A stretch of 64,000 nucleotides of DNA from Candidatus Krumholzibacteriia bacterium (GTDB lineage: Bacteria > Krumholzibacteriota > Krumholzibacteriia > LZORAL124-64-63), in NCBI GenBank assembly GCA_050174015.1, contig JBFXKG010000002.1, forward strand, positions 218,252 through 282,251, read 5' to 3'. The notes under the pieces were generated by a model, which was not told the origin of the DNA, searched no databases, and worked only from the letters and a program-made list of their open reading frames with translations. The translations under genes and the position numbers were made by a program. Positions 11,441 to 23,961 of the stretch are shown here, one piece after another. Numbering within the stretch: position 1 is the first letter of the stretch; every line of letters starts with the position of its first letter.

Positions 11441-12708
11441 CCTGCGGGCAGCGTCCCGGCCCGCGGCGGCCCCTCCGCCGCCGGCCGGGGCGCCCAGATC
11501 AGCGCGGTGACGAACCAGGCCACGAGGATGATGAAGGTCGGATTGTTCAGGTGTTCCTCGAACATGGCCAGCCCCCCGAAATGAAACGCCAGCAACGCAG
11601 GCAGCAGGCCCGGATGCGCCGGGCCGTGCCTGGCTCGCGAGACGGCCCGGCCGACTCCCAGGACCATCAGCAGGGCGAACGGCAGGCCGTAGACCAGCCC
11701 GGCCTGGAGGAAGGCGTTGTGGGTGGCCGACTGCGTGGTCCGGTCCGCCAGCTCCAGGGCTCCGTTCTTCACGCCGTGGCCCCAGGGCACCGTCACCGTC
11801 AGGTACGCCGAACCCAGGTTGCTGTCGAAGCGCTCCCGGGCGTTGGTGCTGATGGCCTGCTGGTCGGTCCAGCGGCTCCAGCCGCCGGGGGGCCCCACCA
11901 TGACCAGGACCGGAACCACGAGCACCAGGACCACGCCCAGGGCGGCCAGGATGCGGTCGAGGCGTCTGGCGGTCAGCATGGCGAAGGCGAGGGTCGCGGC
12001 GGTGATGACCAGCGGGCTGCGCGTGCTGGCCAGGTGCAGGCCGATCATCAGGGCCCCGAGGGACACCAGGACCCACAGGGCGCCCGCCCGGCCCTTGAGG
12101 TAGAGGTACATCGCCGCGGGAATGATGAGGCTCATGACGGCGCTGCTGGCCCCGTGATGGCCGTGCAGGCCGGGCAGGCGCAGGGCCAGTCCCGTCGTGT
12201 AGTAGTAGATGGCGCTGTCGGAGGAAAGCCCGGCCCAGCGCAGGTAGCCCTCCAGGCCGACGGCCTGCAGCATGATCACCCCGACGTTGACGCCGCACCC
12301 GATGACCAGGCCCCGGGCCAGCCCGATGGCGTGGTCCTCGCGCCGGAGGATCTCCTGGAGGGTCAGGGCCCAGGGAATCGCCAGGAGCCAGCGGCCGGAC
12401 TGGACGATGGTGGCCTGGTCCTCCATGAAGAAGGCGGGCACGATCCAGGCGAGGGGGAACGCGAGGGCGAAGATCGCGAAGGCCAGGGGCAGCACGGGCT
12501 GGCGGCCGGTGGCCAAGCGGTAGATCACGCGCAGCCCCAGGGCGATTCCCAGCAGGTCGGTCAGGCGGGGCGATGCGTCCACGGGGGGCACCACGAACAG
12601 GTTCACCACCAGGAAGAATCCCGCCAGGAAGGGGAAGTGCTGCCCCAGGGAATGACGCAAGGCTACCGCCGGGTTGGTCGTTGGAGTTCCGGAACACGGA
12701 AGGGCCAT
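11428..12708 (-). CDS. O-antigen ligase / Wzy polymerase-like membrane protein
   Basis: Multi-TM; ASTRSP and THNAFLQ motifs typical of Wzy_C; start uncertain. Confidence 0.7.
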   Translation of the reverse strand: MALPCSGTPTTNPAVALRHSLGQHFPFLAGFFLVVNLFVVPPVDASPRLTDLLGIALGLRVIYRLATGRQPVLPLAFAIFALAFPLAWIVPAFFMEDQATIVQSGRWLLAIPWALTLQEILRREDHAIGLARGLVIGCGVNVGVIMLQAVGLEGYLRWAGLSSDSAIYYYTTGLALRLPGLHGHHGASSAVMSLIIPAAMYLYLKGRAGALWVLVSLGALMIGLHLASTRSPLVITAATLAFAMLTARRLDRILAALGVVLVLVVPVLVMVGPPGGWSRWTDQQAISTNARERFDSNLGSAYLTVTVPWGHGVKNGALELADRTTQSATHNAFLQAGLVYGLPFALLMVLGVGRAVSRARHGPAHPGLLPALLAFHFGGLAMFEEHLNNPTFIILVAWFVTALIWAPRPAAEGPPRAGTLPAGQAD

Positions 12709-12727
12709 TATTCGCCCGCCCGCCGGA

Positions 12728-13993
12728 TCAGTCAAGCCGGGGCTGGAGAGCCGGATCCTGCGGGCTGCCGGCCACGGAACGGTAGATCTCTTCGAAGCGG
12801 CCGGCATGGCGGTCGGGGGTGAAGTTCCCCGCGCGCCGGCGGGCGGCCAGGCCGTGCTCCGCCAGCAGGGCCCGGTCCTCGACGTAGCGGGCCAGGGCGG
12901 CCAGCAGATCCTCGTCCCCGGGCTCGATGAGGAATCCCTCGCGGCCGTCCTCCACCAGCTCGGGGATGCCGCCGCGCCTGCTGGCGATGACCGCCGAGCC
13001 CCAGGCCAGGGCGTCCAGGACGGTCCGGGGGGAGTTGTCCTGGCAGGTCGAAGGCACGACGGCCAGGTGGGCCCCGGCCAGCAGGCCCCGCTTGGCCTCC
13101 CCGTCGACGTAACCGTGGAACCGGGCGCGGCCCTCGTGCCGCAAGCAGAATTCCCGGACCCGGTCGGCGGCCGAGCCCCTGCCTGCGAAGTCGAATTCCA
13201 GATCGCCGAACCGATCCGAGGCGAAGGCCCGATCCAGGGCGGACAGCAGCAGATCGATGCCCTTGTGCGGCTCCAGCACGCCCAGGAAGAGGCCCCGCAC
13301 CGGGCCGGTCAGCGGCCGGTCCGGCACGCGTCCGGGCAGGTCATCGATGGCGTTGGGGACGACCTCGGCGCGGGCGCGGGGAAAGCCTCCGGCCTGCAGG
13401 TGCCGGTCGAGATGGAACCGGGATGGGGCCGTCACCGCCCGGACCCGATGGGTGGCCGCCAGCTTCAGCCGGGACAGGATGCGGCAGGGCAGGGGAGGGG
13501 CCAGGCAGTCGGCGCCGCTGGATCGCAGCAGGGTGTTGCGGGGGCACAGCAGGTGGAAGTCGTGCAGGGTGTGCACGACCGGGACGCCCAGGCCGGCGGC
13601 CGCTTCCCACAGGGCGGGCGTCTGGCCGACCAGGGAATTGGTGTGCAGCACTTCGGGCTCGAGATCCCGCAGGAGGCCCAGGGCCAGCCGGCGCCAGCGG
13701 GGCGAATGGACCGCGGCGTAATGGTGCAGCCCCCGCACCAGGATGCCGGGACGCCGGTCGCCCAGGTCGATCAGGTCGTAGAGGCCGTGGGAATCCCCCT
13801 TGAACACGCGGCCCGCCCCGTCCACGTCCGGGGATTCGCTCAACTCGCCGCTCCGGCCGTGGCGGCCGCTGGTGCTGAGGATGTCGACACGGTGGCCCCG
13901 CTCCCGCAGGAGGCGGGCGAGGAGCATGGTGCATTGCTCGGCGCCGCCGACCAGGTCGGGCCAGTAGAGGGAGTTCTGCAACAGGATCTTCAT
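12728..13993 (-). CDS. Glycosyltransferase family 4 (GT-B)
   Basis: GGAE, HTLHDFHLLCP, HKG, GGIPELVEDG motifs. Confidence 0.9.
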   Translation of the reverse strand: MKILLQNSLYWPDLVGGAEQCTMLLARLLRERGHRVDILSTSGRHGRSGELSESPDVDGAGRVFKGDSHGLYDLIDLGDRRPGILVRGLHHYAAVHSPRWRRLALGLLRDLEPEVLHTNSLVGQTPALWEAAAGLGVPVVHTLHDFHLLCPRNTLLRSSGADCLAPPLPCRILSRLKLAATHRVRAVTAPSRFHLDRHLQAGGFPRARAEVVPNAIDDLPGRVPDRPLTGPVRGLFLGVLEPHKGIDLLLSALDRAFASDRFGDLEFDFAGRGSAADRVREFCLRHEGRARFHGYVDGEAKRGLLAGAHLAVVPSTCQDNSPRTVLDALAWGSAVIASRRGGIPELVEDGREGFLIEPGDEDLLAALARYVEDRALLAEHGLAARRRAGNFTPDRHAGRFEEIYRSVAGSPQDPALQPRLD

Positions 13994-15414
13994 GGGCGCT
14001 CCCGATGCAGGAAACGGCGGACCGGAAAGGCCGCCAGGGCCAGGTAGATCCCGCCCCCGAGGGCGATGCGCGCCGGCACGGGCAGGTCGGCCGTGACCCG
14101 GATCACGCCGGCGAGGGCCGCCAAGGGCAGGACCAGGAACAGGAGCAGCCGCCCGCAGCCGGCGCTGAACAGGTGGCGCTGGTTGGCCGTCACCAGCGTC
14201 AGGAGGATGCCGTGGGCGAGGAGCATCGCGCCTGCCGCCCCGGTCGCCCCCTGGGCGGGGATCCGGACCGCAGTGCCCAGGATCGCGACTCCGGCCGCGA
14301 TCAGCAAGGGGGTGGTGTACCGGTGCTGCCGCCCCATGGCCAGCAGGGAGTTGCCCAGGTAAGAGCTGAGGCCCAGCAGGGGGTAGGCCACCGCCAGCAG
14401 CTGGAAGGGACGTTCGGCGTCCGGGAACTGCCCCCGGTACAGGAAGGCCACGATGTCGCCGCCCAGGAGCACGCCGCCCAGGGCGAGGGGCGCCAGGGCC
14501 CCGGCCAGGACCCCGAAGAAGGTGTTGAAGGCCGTCCGGAACCCCGCGGGGTCGTTGGCGGCCAGCCGGGACAGGCGCGGCAGGAGGGCGGCCCACAGGA
14601 CGTCCACGGCCACCACCAGGAAGAAGAGAACGCGGGAGGCGGCGGCGTAGGAACCGGCGACCTCCGGCGAGGCCAGGATGCCCAGCATGAGCAGGTCGAC
14701 GTTGAGGATGATCCGCAGCACGATGGCGTTGGCGCCGATGGCCGCGGTGGCCCGCCAGCGGCGGCGCATCTCGCTCCACGCCGGCAGGGTGGGACGGACG
14801 AACGATCCCAGCCGGCGGGAAAGCGGGACAGCCACCGCCAGGTTGCCCAGGGCCATGGAGGCGATCAGCATCAAAGGAACCCAGCGGTGCACCGCCAGGG
14901 AGGACCAGTTCCCCAGGACCGGCAGCAGGGCGAGGATGAAGAGCGCGTACAGGAGGCTGTTGGCGGTCTTGTTCACCGCGACCCAGGTCATGCGTTCGAT
15001 GCCCGTGGCGATCCACGACTGGAAGAAGGCCTGGGGCAGGACGGTCAACAGGTAGAACAGGAAGACGAGGTTGTCCTCGCGGTAGAAGGGGAGCTGGGGC
15101 AGGACCGCCAGGCCCAGGGCAAGGACCACGATCGCCTGCAGCAGCATCATCCCGGTCTGGGAACAGGCGTAACGGAACACGGCCCCGGGATCTTCCAGGA
15201 CGGAGATCTCGCGGACCCCGAGGGTGGCCATGCCCCACTCGGCGATGATCAGGGCGTAGGCCATGAAGGCCACGCCGATCTGGATGACCCCGAACCAGTG
15301 CGCCCCCAGATGGCCGGCGAGGAAGACCAGGGCCCAGACGTTCAGGAGCTGGGCGGCGATCTGGCCGGCGGTCAGGATGCTCAGGTTCTGAAGGACGCCT
15401 CGGTTCCCGCGCAT
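13990..15414 (-). CDS. Wzx-type oligosaccharide flippase
   Basis: About 12-14 TM helices; D..ML.....VAG.YAAA.R pattern; ATGA coupling to the GT4 gene. Confidence 0.85.
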   Translation of the reverse strand: MRGNRGVLQNLSILTAGQIAAQLLNVWALVFLAGHLGAHWFGVIQIGVAFMAYALIIAEWGMATLGVREISVLEDPGAVFRYACSQTGMMLLQAIVVLALGLAVLPQLPFYREDNLVFLFYLLTVLPQAFFQSWIATGIERMTWVAVNKTANSLLYALFILALLPVLGNWSSLAVHRWVPLMLIASMALGNLAVAVPLSRRLGSFVRPTLPAWSEMRRRWRATAAIGANAIVLRIILNVDLLMLGILASPEVAGSYAAASRVLFFLVVAVDVLWAALLPRLSRLAANDPAGFRTAFNTFFGVLAGALAPLALGGVLLGGDIVAFLYRGQFPDAERPFQLLAVAYPLLGLSSYLGNSLLAMGRQHRYTTPLLIAAGVAILGTAVRIPAQGATGAAGAMLLAHGILLTLVTANQRHLFSAGCGRLLLFLVLPLAALAGVIRVTADLPVPARIALGGGIYLALAAFPVRRFLHRERP

Positions 15415-15621
15415 GGGTGTCCTCGGTTGGCGGTCGTGCGACCGGTTCGGAGAGCCTCTCGGGTGGTCATGGACTATGCAATCAATCCCCCCGCAAGGCA
15501 AGGTCGGCCTCGGTCCCCGGACCAGCCGTTGAAATCCCCGGCCGGTTGTGCGAGATTGTCCGGGCGAATCCGATCCCGGGGCTCCGGGACGGGCACCTCA
15601 CCAGAAACCCAGAGGATGATG

Positions 15622-16410
15622 ATGCGAAACATCTCCGCGGCGGCCGTGGCCGTCATCCTGATCGGCGTGCTGGCCGGCGCCGGTTGCCAGAACGACGGGG
15701 GCGACCAGGCCGGCAAGACGGCCTTCCAGGAAATCATGCCGGGACTGAGCTACGTCGATTCGGTGATGGGCGACGGGGCCGTGGTCGAGGCCGACGACTT
15801 CGTCGAGGTCCACTACACCGGCTGGTTGTACGAGAACGGGGAGAAGACGACCAAGTTCGACAGCTCCGTGGATCGGGGCCTTCCCTTCGCCCTCCTGCTG
15901 GGCCGGAGTTTCGTGATCCAGGGGTGGGAGAAGGGTATTCCCGGCATGCACGTGGGCGGCAAGCGCACCCTGCTGATCGGTCCGGAGATGGCCTACGGGG
16001 AACAGGGCCGGCCGCCGGTGATTCCGCCCAGTTCGACCCTGGCCTTCGACATCGAGGTCCTGAGCCTCCCCATGCTGGACATCGAGATCCTGCAGCAGGG
16101 CGACGGTCCGGTCGCCGAGCCCGGCGACCAGATCTCGGTCCACTACTCGGGCTGGATCTGGGAGGGCGGCCAGAAGGGCGCCCTGTTCGACACCTCCCTG
16201 TCCCGGGGCGAGCCCTACCGGTTCCGCCTGGGCGCGGGCATGGTCATTCCGGGCTGGGACGTCGGGCTCGAGGGAATGAAGGTGGGCACCCGGGCCCAGC
16301 TGATCATCCCGCCAGCCATGGGCTACGGAGCCCAGGGATACGGCCAGTCCATTCCGCCGAACTCCACCCTGGTGTTCGAGGTGGAACTCGTCTCGATCGA
16401 GAACAAGTAG
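15622..16410 (+). CDS. Lipoprotein FKBP-type peptidyl-prolyl isomerase with two FKBP domains
   Basis: LAGAGC lipobox; two VHY[TS]GW..FD[ST]S..VI.GW..G..GM.VG..IPP.STL.F units; alternative ATGs at 15616 and 15619. Confidence 0.92.
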   Translation: MRNISAAAVAVILIGVLAGAGCQNDGGDQAGKTAFQEIMPGLSYVDSVMGDGAVVEADDFVEVHYTGWLYENGEKTTKFDSSVDRGLPFALLLGRSFVIQGWEKGIPGMHVGGKRTLLIGPEMAYGEQGRPPVIPPSSTLAFDIEVLSLPMLDIEILQQGDGPVAEPGDQISVHYSGWIWEGGQKGALFDTSLSRGEPYRFRLGAGMVIPGWDVGLEGMKVGTRAQLIIPPAMGYGAQGYGQSIPPNSTLVFEVELVSIENK

Positions 16411-16456
16411 GCGGGGCTGATCTTCCCCCGGCCGGTCTTGGCTTGTTGGTCTTCGC

Positions 16457-16485
16457 TTGCGGGACCCGGGGGATTTTGCTAGAAT
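16457..16485 (+). promoter_or_regulatory. Putative extended -10 sigma70 promoter of hppA
   Basis: TTGCGG-N17-TAGAAT with TG one base upstream of the -10 hexamer. Confidence 0.55.
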
Positions 16486-16576
16486 TGTCTCGTTTTCAGG
16501 GCAGACGCTCGGTCCCGGGCGTCTGTCTTTATTGAGCCCGTCCATCCGGATCCACCCCCTGTGCAGGAGGAAAACC

Positions 16577-18598
<2,022 letters not shown>

Positions 18599-18623
18599 CC
18601 GCGATCCCCCGACGATTCCCCGG

Positions 18624-18657
18624 ACCGGCCCCTCCCCGCAGGAGGGGCCGGTTTTCC
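18624..18657 (+). terminator. Intrinsic terminator after hppA
   Basis: 12-bp stem ACCGGCCCCTCC/GGAGGGGCCGGT followed by TTT. Confidence 0.75.
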
Positions 18658-18729
18658 TCAATACCCTCCTCACGATTCCCGATAACCGGAGCAGGATTCC
18701 TGCAGACCGGAGCATCGAGGAGGCTTGCC

Positions 18730-19986
<1,257 letters not shown>

Positions 19987-20000
19987 CGGTCCCCGATCCG

Positions 20001-20222
20001 GTGTTGGCGTGCAGGCCCGGTTCCCTGCCCACCCGGCACGGGGATACCTGGGGTGACGACAACGGATTTTCCCATTTGCGGGCGTCGTTCCTGGGACCCA
20101 CCATTACGGTACCGTTGCACCGGGGGAGGCTGGTCCTGGGGACCTGGCAACAGATCGTGGTCATCGACCACGACAACGACCCCCGGGAGCGCCGCATCTT
20201 CGTGCAGGTCGTGGGGGAGTGA
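20001..20222 (+). pseudogene. 5'-truncated YjbQ/UPF0047 fragment
   Basis: HGDTWGDDNGFSHLRASFLG...LVLGTWQQIVVIDHD matches the C-terminal half of YjbQ; no N-terminal half fits between it and the upstream stop at 19986. Confidence 0.75.
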
Positions 20223-20251
20223 CCCGGCGGCCGCCACCAGGAGAGGGAACG

Positions 20252-21556
20252 ATGGCTGATCCCAGACTGTCCGCGCACTTCGCCTCCCGCCAACCTTCGG
20301 TCATCCGCCTGGCCCAGATCGAGTTCGCGTCCCGCACCGACGGCACCGAGGCCCTGAACACGGCCATCGGCAACGTCTCGCTCCCCATGCATCCGGCCAT
20401 GCAGGAGCGCCTGCGCACCCTGGGCGCAGCCCCCAGTCCCTTCGCCGGGGGCGTGGTGAAGTACACCGCGACGGTCGGCCTGCCCGAGACCAATGCGGCC
20501 TTCAGGAACATCATCGCCGCCAGCGGATTCCCCACCGAAGGACTCTTGACCCAGGTCACCGACGGGGGCAGCCAGGCCATGGAACTGGTCGTCGTCGGGT
20601 GCTGCGGGCCGGCGGGATCGAGGGAACGGCCCCTGCTGCTGATCGACGCGGCCTACACCAACTACAAGGCCTTCGCCGAGCGGCTGGGTAGGGCGACGGT
20701 CTCCATCACGCGGAACCTCGGGCAGGACGGGCGCTTCTCCCTGCCCGGGATCGACGAGATCGAGTCCGTCATCCGGGAGCACCGTCCCGGCGCCATGGTC
20801 GTCATCCCCTACGACAACCCGACCGGCCAGCTCTACGACCGCCGGTCCCTGGCCGCCCTGGGACGTCTGTGCGTGGAGTACGGGATGTGGATGATCAGCG
20901 ACGAGGCCTACCGGGAGCTCTACTACTCGGGTGACGAGCCCATCAGCGTCTGGGGCCTGACCGAGCAGGACGTGCCGGGCATCACCGGGCGCCGCATCAG
21001 CATCGAGACCGCCTCGAAGGTCTGGAACGCCTGCGGCCTGCGCATCGGCGGCCTGGTCACCGACAGCCCGGAGTTCCACAAGCGGGCGGTCGCCGAGAAC
21101 ACCGCCGGCCTGTGCAGCAACATCATCGGCCAGTGGATCTTCGCCGGGCTGGCCGCCGAATCCCACGCCGACCTTCAGGCATGGTTCGCGCGCCAGCGGG
21201 ATTACTACCGCGGCATGCTCCAGACCTTCACGGACCGGACCCGGCAGCTCCTGCCCGGGGTCATCGTCTCCCGTCCGGACGCCAGCATCTACTCGGTGGT
21301 CGATGTCAGGGACATCGCGCCTGCGGATTTCGACGCCCTCCAGTTCGTCCTGTACTGCGCGCGCGAGGGGAAGGTCGAGATCGAGGGCAGGCCCCTGACC
21401 CTCCTGACCGCCCCCATGGCGGGGTTCTACAGCGTTCCCGGGGGCGGACCCAATCCCGGCCGCACCCAGATGCGGATCGCCTACGTCGAATCCCCGGAGA
21501 ACATGGCCCTGGTGCCCGACCTGCTGGCGGGGCTGCTGGAGCGGTACCTGGCCTGA
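20252..21556 (+). CDS. PLP-dependent aminotransferase class I/II
   Basis: PYDNPTG, ISDEAY, TASKVWNACGLRIG (PLP Lys), MRIAY. Confidence 0.9.
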   Translation: MADPRLSAHFASRQPSVIRLAQIEFASRTDGTEALNTAIGNVSLPMHPAMQERLRTLGAAPSPFAGGVVKYTATVGLPETNAAFRNIIAASGFPTEGLLTQVTDGGSQAMELVVVGCCGPAGSRERPLLLIDAAYTNYKAFAERLGRATVSITRNLGQDGRFSLPGIDEIESVIREHRPGAMVVIPYDNPTGQLYDRRSLAALGRLCVEYGMWMISDEAYRELYYSGDEPISVWGLTEQDVPGITGRRISIETASKVWNACGLRIGGLVTDSPEFHKRAVAENTAGLCSNIIGQWIFAGLAAESHADLQAWFARQRDYYRGMLQTFTDRTRQLLPGVIVSRPDASIYSVVDVRDIAPADFDALQFVLYCAREGKVEIEGRPLTLLTAPMAGFYSVPGGGPNPGRTQMRIAYVESPENMALVPDLLAGLLERYLA

Positions 21557-21577
21557 TGCCATGGTCCGACATGGTGC

Positions 21578-21610
21578 GAGGCCCGGTTTCCCCTGGGGAA
21601 GCCGGGCCTC
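21578..21610. terminator. Hairpin between convergent genes, probable bidirectional terminator
   Basis: GAGGCCCGGTTTCCC-ctg-GGGAAGCCGGGCCTC. Confidence 0.65.
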
Positions 21611-21628
21611 TTGCCGTCGCAGGACCGC

Positions 21629-22297
21629 CTAGCGGAACAGGGCCTTGACCCCGGACCAGCTGCTGGGCTCGGCCGCCACGATGGTGTTGTAGGTGATCTC
21701 CAGCAGGGGACGGTAGTCGGGCATCGGCACCTGCTCGCCGGTGTAGAAGTTCAGCCAGGCCCACTGCGGCAGGGGATTCATCTTCACGGCCCAGCCCACC
21801 AGGACTCCGGATGGCCGGGTTCCGGCGACGTCAGGGGTGACGTTCCAGGTCGCCCATCCCGGAGGATTGAAGGTCCCGGTGGCCGAAGCTGTGGGCAGGT
21901 GGAAGTAGGCCGGAGGCGCGTTCCAGGTGACGGCGTTCTCGTCCCAGCCCGGGCTGGTGACCAGGTGGACGTCGACGGTGAAGGTCTGCTCGGGAGTCCC
22001 GTACTTCTCGTGCTTGCAGAGCCACAGCTCGGCGTTGGTGATCTCGGCGTTGTAAGGGACCGCGGTCATGTCGAACTGGTAGAAGCTCAGGCAGGTGCCG
22101 CCGAGCTGGGAGGCCCGGTCGCCGACGTAGCTGTTCAGCGAGGCGCCGTAGTTGGCGTCAGGGTAGGCGCTGTCGACGTAGGCGTCGTCGGTGGCGCGGA
22201 GCTGGACGGTGGCGAATTCGGCCGGAGCGGAGCTGGACAGGATCAGCAGGACCGCCGCCGCGAGGACGGTCGGGATCGGCGTGTGCAAGGTTTTCAT
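21629..22297 (-). CDS. Secreted DNRLRE/CBM96-like beta-sandwich protein with C-terminal SWSGVKALFR motif
   Basis: Signal peptide; DAYVDS..PDANYG, FYQFD, WDENAVTWN, RPLLEITY; AGGAGG RBS. Confidence 0.75.
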   Translation of the reverse strand: MKTLHTPIPTVLAAAVLLILSSSAPAEFATVQLRATDDAYVDSAYPDANYGASLNSYVGDRASQLGGTCLSFYQFDMTAVPYNAEITNAELWLCKHEKYGTPEQTFTVDVHLVTSPGWDENAVTWNAPPAYFHLPTASATGTFNPPGWATWNVTPDVAGTRPSGVLVGWAVKMNPLPQWAWLNFYTGEQVPMPDYRPLLEITYNTIVAAEPSSWSGVKALFR

Positions 22298-22376
22298 GGC
22301 ATCCCTCCTGGTTGGGATGGGGGATCGGGTGCAACCAGGATGTTTGGCGGGACGGAATGATCTTACTCTTGCGTTT

Positions 22377-23066
22377 TCATTTGTCCCGGGCAGCTTCCGC
22401 GAAGGCGGCGGCCGCCCTTTCCGTCAGTTCGTCCTGCAGGAGGGGTTCGATCAGTCCGGGGGTCAGGGTGAAGGTGTCCAGACCCTCGGCGGCCAGGGCG
22501 AGGACCTGTTCGGGCCGGCGCAGGCTGGCCACCAGCAGCCGGACCGGGGAGGCCGTCCCGGTGAGGATCCGGTGCATGGCCAGGATCTGGGCGAGACCGT
22601 CCCGACCCGCATCGTCCAGGCGGCCGAGATAGGGGGCCGCGTAGGCGGCCCCGAGCGACGCGGCGGCCAGGACCTGGCCGGGATTGAACACCGCGGTCAG
22701 GGTCACGGCGGCGCCTTCGCTCCTGAGGGCGGCTGCGGCGGCGAGTCCGGCTGCGGTGGCCGGGACCTTGACGGCGACGGCCAGCCCCTTGCCGGCGCAC
22801 GCGGCCAGTTCGCGCCCGTGCGCGGCCATCTCCTCGGCCGTGTCGCCCCAGGTCTGAAGGTGGATCTCCCGGGAGCCCTGGGCCGCGGCCTCGCCGGCCA
22901 GGCGGCGCAGGGATTCGACCGTGCAGGGAACGCCCGCCCGTTCCAGCAGCAGGGGATTGGTGGTGACCCCGTGGAAGATGCCCAGGGGCAGGTGGCGGCG
23001 CCACCGGTCGATCTCGGCGGTGTCGAGGAACAGGCGAAGGCGGGTGGGGGCGGCCGCATGCGTCAT
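22377..23066 (-). CDS. Transaldolase family protein, fructose-6-phosphate aldolase-like
   Basis: LFLDTA, GVTTNP, VKVP (Schiff-base Lys), APYLGR, LVASLR. Confidence 0.85.
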   Translation of the reverse strand: MTHAAAPTRLRLFLDTAEIDRWRRHLPLGIFHGVTTNPLLLERAGVPCTVESLRRLAGEAAAQGSREIHLQTWGDTAEEMAAHGRELAACAGKGLAVAVKVPATAAGLAAAAALRSEGAAVTLTAVFNPGQVLAAASLGAAYAAPYLGRLDDAGRDGLAQILAMHRILTGTASPVRLLVASLRRPEQVLALAAEGLDTFTLTPGLIEPLLQDELTERAAAAFAEAARDK

Positions 23067-23091
23067 GAGGCGATCCTTCCGGGGTGAGGGT

Positions 23092-23805
23092 TCAGGCCGG
23101 TCCGCCGAACAGGTTCAGTTGCCCCGGCCCGTCGTCCCAGACCGGTTCGACGCATTCGGGCCGGTCGAACTCCGGCCGGTTGACCCGGGGCGTCACGGGA
23201 TAGGCCAGCAGATCCTCGACCGGGGCCGGCTTCAGCAGGGCCAGGCAAAGATCGGCCTTGTCCGGGTCGAGATCCAGCCAGAGCTTCCAGTCGCCGGGCG
23301 GCAGGATGACGGGCATCCGGTGGTGGATGGGGCGCATCAGGCTGTTGGCCCCGGTGGTCACGATGGCGCAGGTTTCCAGGGTCCGCCGGCCGGGGTACTC
23401 CCAGCGCGCCCAGACCCCGGCCAGGGCGAAGACCCCCTTGTCCTTGCGTCGCATCAGGAACGGCTGCCGTTCCTTGCCGCGTTTCTGCCACTCGTAGAAA
23501 CCGTCCACGGGGATCAGACAGCGCCGATGGATGAAGGATTCGGCGAAGGCGGGCTTTTCGGTGATGGTCTCGCCGCGGGCGTTGATCAGCTTGGGCCCCC
23601 CGGAAGGGTCCCTGCTCCAGGGCGGCACCAGGCCCCAGTCGAGCAGGCGGATGATGCGCCCGGGACCCTCCGGCAGGGGCAGGACCGCGGCGAGGGGGCC
23701 GCCGGGGGCGATGTTGAATCGAGGCGCCAGGTCCGGTACCTGGTCGAGGTAGAAGGCCTCGGCCAGGACGTGGGGGGGGCTGGTGAGCATGATGCGGCCG
23801 CACAC
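23092..23805 (-). CDS. SOS response-associated peptidase (SRAP/YedK/HMCES family)
   Basis: N-terminal MCGR, RFNIAP, INARGET, GFYEW, IHHRMPVIL. Confidence 0.95.
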   Translation of the reverse strand: MCGRIMLTSPPHVLAEAFYLDQVPDLAPRFNIAPGGPLAAVLPLPEGPGRIIRLLDWGLVPPWSRDPSGGPKLINARGETITEKPAFAESFIHRRCLIPVDGFYEWQKRGKERQPFLMRRKDKGVFALAGVWARWEYPGRRTLETCAIVTTGANSLMRPIHHRMPVILPPGDWKLWLDLDPDKADLCLALLKPAPVEDLLAYPVTPRVNRPEFDRPECVEPVWDDGPGQLNLFGGPA

Positions 23806-23961
23806 GGGTGATCCTTTCGCTTGCAGGCGGGAATCCGGACCGCCGGATGATACACTCCCTCAGGCCGTCCTGCCACCGGGGAGGCGGGCCGGGGAATCGC
23901 TTGATCCTCCGGGCGACTTGTCGATAATGGCGGGAGGACTTCAACGCGCGGGGGCGAAGCG

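Noticed and set aside
8624..12697. 1357-aa minus-strand ORF and the overlapping 1112-aa plus-strand ORF at 7504-10842
   Set aside because: Shadow frames over clearly recognisable genes; Arg/Gly/Pro-rich with no motifs, as expected in high-GC DNA
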